In this document: in pieces, positions 26,843-40,100 of the stretch
How positions within the stretch are numbered: the stretch's first letter is position 1
How the letters are laid out: the number at the start of each line of letters is the position of its first letter
Assembly: GCF_009914755.1 (NCBI RefSeq)
Contig: NC_060946.1
Source of the DNA: the human T2T-CHM13v2.0 reference genome, Homo sapiens
Reading direction: 5' to 3' (one strand)
Length of the DNA stretch: 64,000 nucleotides
The notes under the pieces: generated by a model
The model's database searches: none
What the model was told of the DNA's origin: nothing
What the model saw: the letters and a program-made list of their open reading frames with translations, nothing else
Program-made: the position numbers and the translations under genes

Positions 26843-29045
26843 GCCCCCGACCCTCACCCCACCCACAGGGGCCTGGAGCTGCAGGATCCCAGGGCAGAGG
26901 TGTTCCCTCCCACCCCAAGTCATCCAGTCCTTCTGCCGACACCCAATAAACCCTCAATAAATGTCCTCCTTGTCAATCAGAAAACATGCTGTCTGCTCAT
27001 TTTTGTTTATCCACTTTCCATCCTAAATTTTTTTATCTCCAAAGATCAACAGAATCCTTTGGACTTGTGACAATGCAGCCTGGGACCATCTTCGTGTTTC
27101 TCTGAGCCATACTTTTTCCATCACCTTATCCCCATAGAATGTTCCAGAACAAGGAAATAGTCTTCAGAAGGAACCAGACATCTTCATTCTTACCCACGTC
27201 TCTGTTGTGCTTCCTGCTGCCCTGTGAGCACGTCCACCTCTGGCTGCCCGGGGACACACCCTCCTTACATCCCTATGGCCCCGGGAGAACATCTCAGCTC
27301 CCTTCTTTGTTGTCCTCGGCCCTCACTGTCCAGATGCCATCCCTCTCTCAAGGTGTTTGTCCATCCCCCTCCAAGGCCATGTGGTCACCCCACCTGTATT
27401 TCCCCTCATCAAAGCCTAGAGCATCTCCCCTTCTCCATGGGCACACTCTGTTCCCGTCATCCCAGGGACCCTGCCCTCAGCCCCCACAGGCCCTCCCTAT
27501 AATAATCACTGATGGGATGCTTACCCCCTGGACCCTGGTCACTCACCCCACATCCCCCTCTGGGTGCCTCTCATCCCACATGTGTCACCGGATGCCCCAG
27601 CTGTATTCAACATTCCTAGGGGACAAGGGTCGGCTCTGCTCCTCACTGACACCATTATGAATGCCTAATGTCCTGCTGTGCACAAGTTGTCAATTGACTG
27701 GTGAGTTCAAAGTCAGATTCTGGGGTTATGCCAGGAGCTTGGGTGACGCTGATTCTTCTTCTGAAGAACTCAGCATGGGATCTGAGCTATAATACACACA
27801 CACGTGTACACACACACAATGCACATAAACACACATGTCCATGCTGGGCATCCTTCTGGGAGGATCAGGAAGGTAGAAGGGGCTGCAGTCAGGCCCAGGT
27901 CAGGACATGAGCAAAGCAAAGCTGAGACCTGCTGTCTCCAGGCTTTGGGACTAGGGGGTCGCCCCTGGATATGGGAGGGTGGGGCAGGGTTTTCTGTCCA
28001 GGCCAAGAGGGAGACAGGAGAAGATGTGGACGGGATTCTGATCAGGGAGCAGCAGGCCACATCTCAGCAGTCAGGGGAGGCGCTTGCTGTGGGGAATACT
28101 GTTGGGGACTGCATGGTGCCAGGAGTGTGTCCCAGGTGTGAGCTCTTCAGGTGATGGGCCCAGACCAGGATGCAGGTCCAGGCTGTGTGTGTCCAGGCCC
28201 CACACTGCACATGCCCATCCACTGTGGGTGCCCCCCGTGCCGGTGACACTCCAGAGCACAGGCTGTGTGGGTCACCCGTGCATGTAGGGGACTGCAGAGC
28301 ACACACATGTGGGTGTGTGTGTAAGCCGGGGGAGCTGAAGTGGACAGCAGAGATCCCCCACACGTAGAGCTCCTGGAGGAAACCACACTGCCAGTGAGGC
28401 CTATGACCTCCCTTGAGAAGCTCTCCTCTGGGCCATTGCAGCTCTAATCCAGCACACATGGCCTATAGGTAGGAAGCTGTCCCCATGGGTTCAGGAGGCG
28501 GACTTGGGCAGTGATCTGTGAGCTGCTCCTTCAGGACAGCTGGGCCAAGGATGCTGGAGCTCAGACCTTGCAGTGGGGTCTGTGTCCCTGTGGTCAACGT
28601 CATTCTTCCCACAACCCCCAATTCCCATTCCAAGCCCATCCCATCATAACCTCCAGTGCTGAGGATGTGGGGGGCATCAAGGACCCTCCCCACCATTCCC
28701 AACTTCTCAAAGAGGTCCCAGCTGCACCATGTCAGTGGCGTCACCCAGCCGCTCACCTCCCCTTCCTCCCTGGCATTCCTGACACCAGCTGATCCAGGCC
28801 ACCCAACTCCTCAGAAATGCAATTACCTGGGAGACAATTCCACACACAGACCTGTCAACCCTTCCCATGACTGAGGTGGATGAACCCCTAAGCCCCCAAG
28901 GAAGTGATATTCAGGTCAGTAGAAGGTGACCCCCTTCACCCCACCTATGGCTCACCCACCCATGAGAAAAGGGGGCTGGACCCTGGGCCTTGTGAGCAGC
29001 TGCAGGGGGTTGGGGGGGGGTGGCCTGGGTCGGGTGTATCAGGAG

Positions 29046-29073
29046 GGTTTGTGTGCAGGGTTATATCACAGTG
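29046..29073 (-). other. 12-RSS of IGLJ6
   Basis: GGTTTGTGT 29046-29054, 12-bp spacer, CACAGTG 29067-29073. Confidence 0.94.
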
Positions 29074-29111
29074 TAATGTGTTCGGCAGTGGCACCAAGGT
29101 GACCGTCCTCG
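29074..29111 (+). CDS. IGLJ6: Ig lambda joining segment 6
   Basis: NVFGSGTKVTVL, intact GTGAGT donor at 29112. Confidence 0.96.
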
Positions 29112-30359
29112 GTGAGTCCCCTTTTCTATTCTTTTGGGTCTAGGGTGAGATCTGGGGAGACTTTTCTGTCCTTTCTGTTCTCTCTAGGGTAGAGGTCTCA
29201 ATCTCTCTGGGGTCTGCCACCATTGCCTTTTTTCCTGGCCCCAAATTCCTCCAGCCTGTCCCTTCTTAGGCACCTGGTGGGGCATGATGGGAAGATCCCA
29301 GTGACCTCTTAATGCTCCCTGCTCAGGCCTGAACCTGCCGCTGTCACTCAGGGGGCATTCTCCCCTGGGCTCTGGGATGTTCTGCTCCCTCGCACAGAGT
29401 CTCCAGTCCCCAAAGACCAGCAGAGCAGGGGCTCAGGCTGGGGCACCAGGGCCATGGGACAGGGGAAGGATGCTGGAAAAAGTTCAGCTTCCCAGGGTTC
29501 TGGGTCCCAACTATGGGGCTGCTTTAAACACCAAGAAGGGAGGCCTTTGACTGGGGACTTGGGGAAATGAAGGGGGACAAGGATGGAGGAAGAATGTCCT
29601 GTGAGGTGGCGCCAGGGTGCTGGGTCCCTCCTCCTCCCCCGGGACAGGCAGGCTGCCATGGACAGGGTGGTTCTCAGGACACTCAGTCCAAGGTTAGAGC
29701 CTCCCCATCCCACCCAAAAAGAGAGACCCCCAAAGCAGATGCTGAGGGAGGCACTCCTGGTGGGCGCAGGTGACAGGGACCTGTCAGGACAGACATTTGT
29801 CCTAGGACAGCCAGATCTCCCAACGACAGGGAGACCCCATAGAGCAGACACAGCGCCAGGCTCAGAACAGAAAATATACCTCACATGCAAGCCCTCCATC
29901 TCCTGGACTCCCAGGACCCGGCTCCCAGGACTGACATCCCCTCCCCACCAAGGGGCCTCTGTGGGAAAGTGGGGCAGAGACTGCAATGATGGTGCTGGGG
30001 GATATGTGAGGAAGAAATTCACTTGTCAAAAGGGAGGAGAACCTAAAAACAGGACACAGATGCCCTCGTGAACAGACCCAGAGGAGGGACCTGGCAGGGG
30101 ATGTTCAGACAGAGACGTCCCCCAAGGAAAGACGAGGGCCCAGGGCTGAACCCAGCCAGCGTCGGGGAGCATAGGTGAGGTGAGAGCTGGCTGATAAGGA
30201 GGGGAGAATCTGGAGAGGAGGCTGGAGCAGAAGAGGCCTGATTCTCCTCAGTCCTCAGATGCTGAGGAGTTTCCCATCAGGAGGTAAGCATCCCCGCCAC
30301 CGCCAAGTTGACCTCAGTACAGCAAGGGCCCAGCCTGAGGTCCCTATCCTGGGCCTTAG

Positions 30360-30768
<409 letters not shown>

Positions 30769-32279
30769 GCCCCCGACCCTCACCCCACCCACAGGGGCCT
30801 GGAGCTGCAGGTTCCCAGGGGAGGGGGTCTCTCTCCCCATCCCAAGTCATCCAGCCCTTCTTCCTACACTCAATAAACCCTCAATAAATATCCTCAGTCA
30901 ACCAGAAACCCTGGGTTTTGTGTTTTGCTTCTGTTTATACATTTTCTACCCTAAATTGGTCCAACCTGCAAGATGAACAAAATTCTTTTAGCCTTGTGGG
31001 AATGAAGTCTGGATTGTTTTTGAGGGGTAGTTCCACCATCACCTAGAAAGGCCCAGAGAATATTCCAGAACAGAGCCTTGGGCAGCAGGCCCCAGGACTG
31101 CCCCTTTCCCATACGTGCTGTGTTTGTGTGGACATGTCCACCTCCAGCGGCCTGGGGCGACCGCTCCTTGGTTCCCCATGGCCCAGAAGAACGAGTACCC
31201 TCCACGGATCATCAGGCCTCACCCCTGGACAGCCTCCCTCTCTCAAGGGGTCCCTCCTTCTGAGGCGGAAGGAGCCTCTCCAGTCCATGGGCCCTTGGTC
31301 TCCCCTACTCCTTAGGGGCCCACCCTGTTCCTGACTCCCAGGACCCTGCCCTCTACCCCCACATCTATCTCTGAAGCAGGCACAGACTGGACCCTGACCC
31401 TCTGGACCCAGGTCACTCACCCCACAGGCCAGCTGGGTACCCCTGGTCCCACATGTGTCACCAGTGTCCCAGTTATACTCAAGTCCCCTGGGGGATAAGG
31501 GTCAACTCTACTCTCTCTCACCCCTAAGTAACCAGCCCAAAACTGACCACACCTCAAGTACCTAATGTCCAGTTATCCACGGATGGTCAGTGGGGCTGGG
31601 GAGGTCAAAGTCAATCATGAGATTCCAGAGTGGTGCCATAGACGTGCCTGTAAACCAATTGGTCTTTTTAAGAGCTGTATGTGGGATCTAAGAACCGGGT
31701 TGATGATTGTCCCAGGAGGTAGCACAGGATGGGGGGCCTGGGCTATGAGACAAACACACATACATACATGTTCACAAACATAAACACACATGAACACCTC
31801 ATAGGCACACAGGTATTCACAAACAAACATGCCTGCATGCAAATACATACACACACACTCTCCTGTGCTATTTAGAATCATTACCACATGGGCATCCCAC
31901 TAGGGGCTGTGCTGGGCATCCAGGACCCTCCCAGGGAACTCGGATCTCCATAGGGGACCAGCTCCACCTTCCCTGTGGCATAAACAGGATTCTCACTTCT
32001 TCCATGGTGACAGTCTCCAAAGGAGCTGAGCCGGGACACATGGCTTCCTCCAGGACAGAGAGTAGCAGGGGACCCAGATGTGATGTGCAGACATGCCTCC
32101 TCCCTCTCCCCTCTCCCTCTGGGGGTGAAGGGATCCCTGACTTCCAGTAAAGTGTGCATCCATGCATGGAGGGGCCATCCCCCTCACCCTCCTATCGGCC
32201 AGACCTGCTTCATGACAGGGCCACTGGACCTGGGCGCCCAAGCTGCTGCAGCGGGGAACGGGTCGGGTGTGTCAGGAGG

Positions 32280-32307
32280 GGTTTGTGTGTGGGGCTGTGT
32301 CACTGTG
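32280..32307 (-). other. 12-RSS of IGLJ7
   Basis: GGTTTGTGT 32280-32288, 12-bp spacer, CACTGTG 32301-32307. Confidence 0.94.
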
Positions 32308-32345
32308 TGCTGTGTTCGGAGGAGGCACCCAGCTGACCGTCCTCG
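32308..32345 (+). CDS. IGLJ7: Ig lambda joining segment 7
   Basis: AVFGGGTQLTVL, GTAAGT donor at 32346. Confidence 0.97.
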
Positions 32346-33418
32346 GTAAGTCTCCCCGCTTCTCTCCTCTTTGAGATCCCAAGTTAAACACGGGGAGTTT
32401 TTCCCTTTCCTGTCTGTCGAAGGCTAAGGTCTAAGCCTGTCTGGAGGTCTGGAATCTTTGCCCCTCCTTGCCTGGGCTCCTGCCCTCTTCTGTGATTCTG
32501 TCCTCTGTGGGTCCCAGTTACGGGGCTGCATTAAACACAGTGACAGGAGGCCTTTGACTGAGGACTTGGAGAGATGGGGGAGGAAATGGCAGGAGGACAA
32601 AGATAGAGGAAGAATATTCCGTGAGAAGGTGGCCCCACAGCGCTGGGTCACACGCCATCCCCCAAGACAGGCAGGACACCACAGACAGGGTGGTGGGTCT
32701 CAGAAAACTCAGGCCCTAAACGTGGATGCTTACCAATTCCTCCACTGGAGGAAGACCTCAGAGCAGATGCCCAGGACAGGGACTTCTGGTAGGGACGGTG
32801 ACTGGGACGGGTGCCTGTTTGTCAGGGAAAACCCACTGGAGAGTCAGATCCCCCAGATAACTTCTCACGACATGGAGACTCTTTCGAACAGACAAAGCTC
32901 CACGTTCAGCTCAGGGAGTAAAAAAAAAATGCCTCAAATGGAGGCCTTTGATCTACTGGAATCCAGCCCCCAGGACTGACACCCTGTCTCACCAGGCAGC
33001 CCAGAGGGGTCTCTGCAGGGAGGTGGGGTGGGGGCTGCAATGATGGCACCAGGGAGATGTGTGGGTAAGAAACCCACTCCCTGTGAGAGAGAAGAGCCTG
33101 AACCCAGGACCAACAGCTGCCCTGCATGAAGAGATGAGAACAAGGGGAACTGGTAGGAGGTGTTCAGACAGACACCCCCAAGATAGACAAATACCCAGGG
33201 TGAGATGTGGTCCTGGACTCCATCCCATCCAGTGTGGAGCCAGCACCGGTGGGGGTCTATAGGTGATGGAAAATATGAAAAAGAGACAGATCCAAGAGGG
33301 GGTCTGTGACCCCCAAGAGTGGGGGCAACTCCCATCTGACAGCGAGTGTCTCCACTCACCGCTGACCTGACCTCAGTCCAGCAAGGGTCCGGCCTGAGGT
33401 CCCTGCCCTGGGCCTTAG

Positions 33419-33823
<405 letters not shown>

Positions 33824-35139
33824 GCCCCCGACCCTCACCCCACCCACAGGGGCCTGGAGCTGCAGGTTCCCAGGGGAGGGGTCTCTGCCCCCATCCCAAG
33901 TCATCCAGCCCTTCTCAATAAATATCCTCATCGTCAACGAGAAATCCTGCTCCCTCTCTTCTTTTCTTATCTCACACATAATTTGAGGCCTCCCCTGGGT
34001 TCTCAGTGTTGGGTGGGGGAATCCTGGCACCCAGTGAGAAAGTGGCCCTGAGGGAGAGGCTCATAGCCTCCCGGGGTGTCTCCTGGTGAAAGAGGCCCGG
34101 ATAGGAGAAGTCTGATCACTGAACACCAGTCCCTCTGCCCTTTCATTCCTCCCCCTTCTCCTCAAAGCATAGCCCCCCACCTCCCTGCCTCCTGCCTGGA
34201 TGGAGTTGTCTCTGGCTGGGACTCCAGTTACACCCTCTATCTCTGCCCTAACAGAGACACCCTTCACCCACCATCTCTTTTCCCAGCCTGAAAACCCTGC
34301 TCCAAGCCTGGAGCCTCTTTGCCCCTGGCCCTTGCCCCCGGAATGCCCTCCTCCCTCTGTGCCCAGCTCAGCTCCCACCCACCCTCACCCCCTCCCTGTC
34401 ATCCCTGAGAGCCAGACTGTCCAGGACACTCCAGCACCACTGACTTCTCAAGCTGTTCAATGAGGGACCCACCTCGATTCCTCACCTGACAGCAGGTTCA
34501 GACACTTAAGAGGAATGGGAGGAAGCCAGGAAGGAGACTCACACGAAAGGCCTACAGGAGGCTCGGGACACTTGGAAAAGATAGGCTCTGAGCTCCCTAG
34601 GAACCAGTGCAAGGAGGGTAATAAGCACTTCACCACTTCTGTAAATTTAAACAAACCCTTTGCTGAAGGGAAGGTGGTGTTCTCAATGCTGGGGCCAGTC
34701 ATCTCGTCACAACTAAAAGTGGGAACATGTTCTATCCAAGGCCTCAGTAGTAATGGGATGTGAACCTTGACACACGCACAGGTAACTATCTGGCAGCCCT
34801 TAGACATGGTGATTCTCTCAAGTGCGTGAACAGAAAGTCACTGGCCGTCTTTGGGAACATCATTTTTGGGAACACTTCTCCATTGGATCCCGGGCCTTCA
34901 CTGGAAAACCAGGTCCCTCATCAGGACTTTCTCTGTGAGGTTCCCTGAGTCTGGGGCTCCAACTGCTCTCTGAGAGGAAGGGGTGGGGGAAGAGAACACG
35001 ACCCAGCCCCACCCAGCCCCTCCTGCATGGCCCCTCCTCTGTAGAGTGGGGGCACCTGCAGGGGTCAGGCCTGGGTTACTGTGGGTGGGGCCTGGGAGGG
35101 GCCCTTGTGGCATCCTGGGGAGTCTCTCCCACGGCTCCT

Positions 35140-35700
35140 TGTTTGACTTTCCTGTGGCTGCTGGCTGTTATCACAAATGACCCCTAATTTAGTGCCTTAA
35201 AACATCACACACTGATTCTCTCCCAGGTCTGGAGGTCAGAAGTCCAAAATGAGTCCTTGGGGGCTAAAATCAGGGTCCCAGCAGGGCCGGCTCCTTCTGG
35301 GGACTCTGGGGAGAATTCGTTTCCAGGACTTTTCCAGCTTCTAGAGGACAACCTCAGCTCCTGGCCCCTTCCTCCAACTTCAGAGCCTGAGCTCAGCATC
35401 TTCAAATCTCTCTCTTGCTCTTCTCTCCCTCCCTACCTTCTTCTCTCCCTCTCTTCCTTCTCTCTCTCTCCGTCTCCCTCCATCCCCACATCTTGTCCTC
35501 TCACTCTGACCCTCCTGCCTCCCTCTTTCTTCTATAAAGACCCCAGCTTGGACCCACCTGGATAACCCAGGAGCATTTCCCACCTCAGGCTCCTAATTGA
35601 CATGACATCTGCAAAGTCCCTGTGGCCACACATGACACATAGACAGGTCCAGGATTGGGACACGACTGTCCCCGCGGGGCCTAATTTAGCCGACCACAGC
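35140..35700 (-). mobile_element. MaLR solo LTR (MLT1-like)
   Basis: TTTCCTGTGGCTGCT...CTGGAGGTCAGAAGTCCAAAAT...CCAGCTTCTAGAGG...ACATCTGCAAAGTCCCT, typical of antisense MLT1. Confidence 0.75.
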
Positions 35701-36609
35701 CCCTTTCCCGAGTTCCTCTCCCTTTCTCCATGCCCTGCCCAGTCCAGGCTGAGCCACTCCTGGGGGGCCGTCCCAGCCCAGCCCAAGCCCTCCCTATCCC
35801 TGGTCTCTTGTGGCCCCTTCTCCTCCTGGGGTTCCAGGAAGGCACTGGGAGTTTAGCCACAGCTCTAGGGCACTGTCTTCCAGCAGGCCCCCTGAGACTA
35901 AATGCCCTCCAGGCCAAATCACCCTTGGAGGAAGATCCTATTGTGATCCTCACTCTAGGATGGTGACATCACAGCCCAGAGAGCCTGAGTGACCTGCCAC
36001 AGGTCACAGTAGGGACTCAAACCTGGTCCACCCAACTGCAGATCTCAGCTCTGGACCCCAGGTGCCTGGCTGCCCTCAGCCCACCTGGCCACGCCCACCC
36101 ACTTCATCCAGCTTCCTCCCTGGAGAGCTCAAAGCCCACTGGACCCAGGCCCCCATCCCGGGACCCGGGATTCAAGTGACAGAATTATTGGACCAACAAG
36201 GGATGGAAGGGGACGGGGCCTCAGGTTGGAGTAGCCAGATTCCTCATGCCCCTTCTCCTTCCTCCGGGTCAAATATCAGGGTCAGGGCACTCGGAGGGAG
36301 GGACCATGAGAGTCCCCTTTTCCTAGAGACCCCATCTCAGTCCTGGTTCTGGATCCAGGGCTTACGGTGTCCCCCACCTCCAGGAGAGTCAGTCCCTGGC
36401 AGGTGGCTCCCCAAGCCCAATCCCCTCCATTCCTGGTCCCAGTTGCTCCCTCAACATCCAAAAATTCCTGACATCTTCAGTCAGGGACTGCTCTCCCAAG
36501 GGAAGAGCACATGGGGCTCTGGGTCTGGGGCTGTGGGAAAGAGGAACCCCGGTCCTCTCGGGGCCCAGCACCGAGCGCAGTAGGTGTTCGAGGGGGGCTG
36601 AGTGGTGAC

Positions 36610-37118
36610 ATGTGAGACTCTTTGTAGAACCCCAGATTCAGGTTCGTGTACCTGATATGCAGCGGAGGTCAAAAACTGACACAAGTGCTTGGAGATAGAA
36701 AAAGATTTATTTCATTTGGCTAAAGTAAGAAGACAAGAAAGCAAATTCCTCCACTCCATGTTAACAAAAGGATGAAGCAGGGAGTTTTTATGTGGCTAAG
36801 GAGTGAGGGAGGTGGCATTTCAGGGGAAAAGTCTGTGTTTATTCAGTCTCAGGTAACATCTTAAGCAACTAGACTTGCGGGCGACAGCGGCTGGTCTCTA
36901 CGTCCCTAAAGGCATTCACTCCTGCAAAATACTTTTGTGACTCTGAAGTTATCTCCTCCTTCTTGACAAAGAAACAGGACATCTGCAGCTTATGATCACA
37001 TTGTGTGAACAAGGGATGCTGGGCAAAAAGCAAGCAGTTAACTTGTACAAGCAGGCAAGGGCCAAATCAGAATTTTCTTTACTTCAGTCACAAAAATGCT
37101 GGGTACTGAAATCTCAAC
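36610..37118 (-). mobile_element. Probable ERV LTR-like insertion, family not determined
   Basis: Abrupt AT-richer block of about 500 bp starting TG, with TTTATT (antisense polyA signal) near 36706, in GC-rich surroundings. Confidence 0.35.
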
Positions 37119-40100
37119 TCACCTGGTGTCACTCCCAGGGCACAGGCTAGGACAACACGCACCCGTCCCTGGAGAACTCTGGGCTGGTTCCCCCTTCTCC
37201 CCCTGCTGACCCCCTCTTAGTCTACCTCCGCTCCTCCCTTCCCCCACCGGAGAACCTCCCAGGGTTTCCATTTCCTCCCGGATAACATAACACGTGCTGC
37301 CCTGTGAGGAGGTGCTAAAGTCAAGAGCAAGGTGGCAGGGGGCTTTCGAGCAAGAGGCGACCTGACTTCAGAGACCCTCAGTCCCCAAGACAGACGCATG
37401 CCCTTTGAGAGAGCGGCCGCCCCAGGCACACGCAGGCTCTGGGCTGTCAGGATGGGAGCACGTGGTCCTCTTCCACCCACCTCCCGAATCTCCCCTGCTC
37501 CCCGCACCCATTTCCCTGTGGCCCCCATTTCCCTGTGGTCACTGTAATCGGACCCCACTCCAGTCCCCTTCCCCACTGACTCTGGGAGCTGGGGTTGATG
37601 CTGGGGCTGGAGCAGTGACCAGCCCATGGTGACCCCGGCCCCATCCAGGTACTAGGCCACTGGCCACCAATCAACTATGGTTTCCCAAGCACCCATATGT
37701 GCCCAGCCTGGGCTTGGGACCCAGGCCTAGTCCTGCCTGGCCCACTGCAGCAGTAATGGTGGGCTCTTCCTGGAGAGAACCTGGACCACAGTCTCTCTGC
37801 CTCAACATCTCAGTATGAAGGGCCAGAGACCCTCCTGATGGTCACCTTAGGAGCACAAATGTGGTCCTGCCAGGAAGAAGTAATAAAATGTGAATGCTGC
37901 CTTCCTCTGGCTGCCCCTCCCTCTCTCCTGCCTTTTACAAGTGGTAATCAAGGGCTCCTGGCCTCCACGGTCCCCTCCCTTCCTGCCTCAAGCCCAGCAG
38001 TCTCACCACCACCCCATCACAGCCCCAGTGGCCTGCACGTGGCTCAATCCAATGGTCCCCTCACTGTCCTCCTTCTGTTGACCTCAGGATGGGCTTGGCA
38101 ACTCACATCATTCTCGTCATCTTGAAGCCCCTCACCCACCCACCCCCACCCCCCCGCCCCCCCGCCAAGGTCCTCTCTTCTATGGTCCCCTCCCACTTTG
38201 TTCTGCTGCTGCCCCATCAGGGCCACCGGCAGCTAGCACCCTTGGTGACTCTTTCTTTCACTGTGTGATTCATGAACTACCGGAATGTAAAAGGGTTCCT
38301 TGCTCCTTCCCCGGCCCCAGCCCTCAGCCCAGTGGTGCCTCAGGCTTGATGGCTGCCCAGGGCTGCTGACCACGCTCTCCTGGTGCCGCCCTGCCCAGCA
38401 CCGATCTGGGACACCACGGGAGCCTGGAAGCAGGGGCTGCACCCCTCACGTCCTCCGATGTTCAGCCAGGTGCTGGGCTGGGTATCACTGAGCCCCTCGA
38501 TGGCCACTGCTCGACAGTGGAACTGCTCCCGGCTCTGCTGAAGATGCTACCTCACCTGCCACCTGGCCCAGGGCCACTTCCAGGGAAACCCTGCACTGGC
38601 GTCTGTCCTCTCTATGTCATGGGATCCCAAACCACCCCAGGAGGCACGTGTCCATGTCCCGCACACCTTACAGATGAGGAGACGGAGATTCGGAGACCAG
38701 CAGCCTGCCCGAGTCCCACAGCTGCCCAGGGCTGCACAGATGGTGGGCACTGGGACTCTGATCCAAGGTCAACCCAGAGCCAGCCCCTTCCCTAAGGCGT
38801 GCAGAGGAGGCTGAGCCTGCCCAGGTCCTGCAGGTGTTCAGGGCAGCACAGTGGTTGCCCAGGCCCCTGACCTAGGCCACCCTTCCATCCTGAGGCCGTG
38901 CCTGGGCAAGGCCAAGAGATGGTGCTGAGTGCATGAACCCCCTTGTGGCTCTGTGGGATGGGCAGACCTGGGCTCCTCATTCTCTGTTGACTCAGTGGGT
39001 GAAAGAGGCAGGCAGGAGGGCAGCCATGGGGGTGCCCTCTGAGTCTACAAAGCAGAGCCAGGACAGGTGTTCATGTGCCCATTTCACAGATGAGAGGACT
39101 GAGGCTCCGATGGGAGGGGTGATGACCCACCTAGGGTCACACAGTAGGTTACCGGCTGACCCATGCCCGCCTCTTTTCATGACTCCTCGGCCCTAAGGGC
39201 TTTTCATTCATTCATTCATCCATTCATTTGTTCAGACTCATTCATTCATTCAACAAACTCTCAGCTGTGGGCCAGGGGCTGGTGTATGCAGCCCAGGACC
39301 ACCTGCCCTAGAGGAGCTCACAAGCTTGGAGAACGACATGGAGACACCACTGCCCCCACCCTGTCAAGTCTCCAAGGTTGGCACTCTGCCCAGGGAGTGT
39401 CTGGGGCAGCAGGAGCATCTCCCCACACTCAGGAAAAGATTTAACTGAAAGAACCATCTGAGAGAACCCCAGCTGTGATCCTTGGGCCACAGTGGGAACA
39501 TCACAGTCCCTCACTGACCCTCACAGTGACCCTGAGGCCTAAAGCTGCCATTGCCCACCTCACAGAGGGGACGTGAACCATGATGGATGCACCAGCGCTG
39601 CCCAGGCTCCACCCAGTTCAGGAGTAGCCGAGTTGGGCCTTAGCCCACGCCTGTCTTCACATGCCACTGTGTCTAGCTCAGACCGGGGCCAGCCCCTCAC
39701 GAGTGATGGCCTCATGACACCGAAGGAGGGTTGGTCTGTGCTGGGGGAACCCCTCAAGGTATAGGGAAGAGTGTCACAGTGGGGGATGGGGTGAGAGGAA
39801 CTCGTCCTGGCCCTGGCCCTGCTTAGCTGCAGCCTGGGCTGAGGGAGGTGTTCTGAGTCAGATCAGGGAGGGGCCCTGTGGCTTCCTCTACAGCAAAGCC
39901 AGAGCCCAGAATAGCCTGGGAGGGGGTGCAGGGGCCCTGCTGGAGGAGAGGGGGGTGGCTGCTCAGGGCCCTGCGGGAGGAAAAGACTGGGAGCTACTAT
40001 GAACTGAGTGGGTGACTCTCCCATCAGGCCCAGCCTCCTGTGGGGCCTGCAAAGCCACCAAGAGAGTGTCCCCAGCCAGGCCTGGACAAAGGCACCATTA

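Noticed and set aside
31837-31844. Octamer ATGCAAAT upstream of J7 (another at 2611)
   Set aside because: Lies in CA-rich low-complexity or L1 sequence and was not seen at equivalent positions of other units
39488-39528. Two CACAGTG heptamers
   Set aside because: No nonamer-like sequence at 12 or 23 bp
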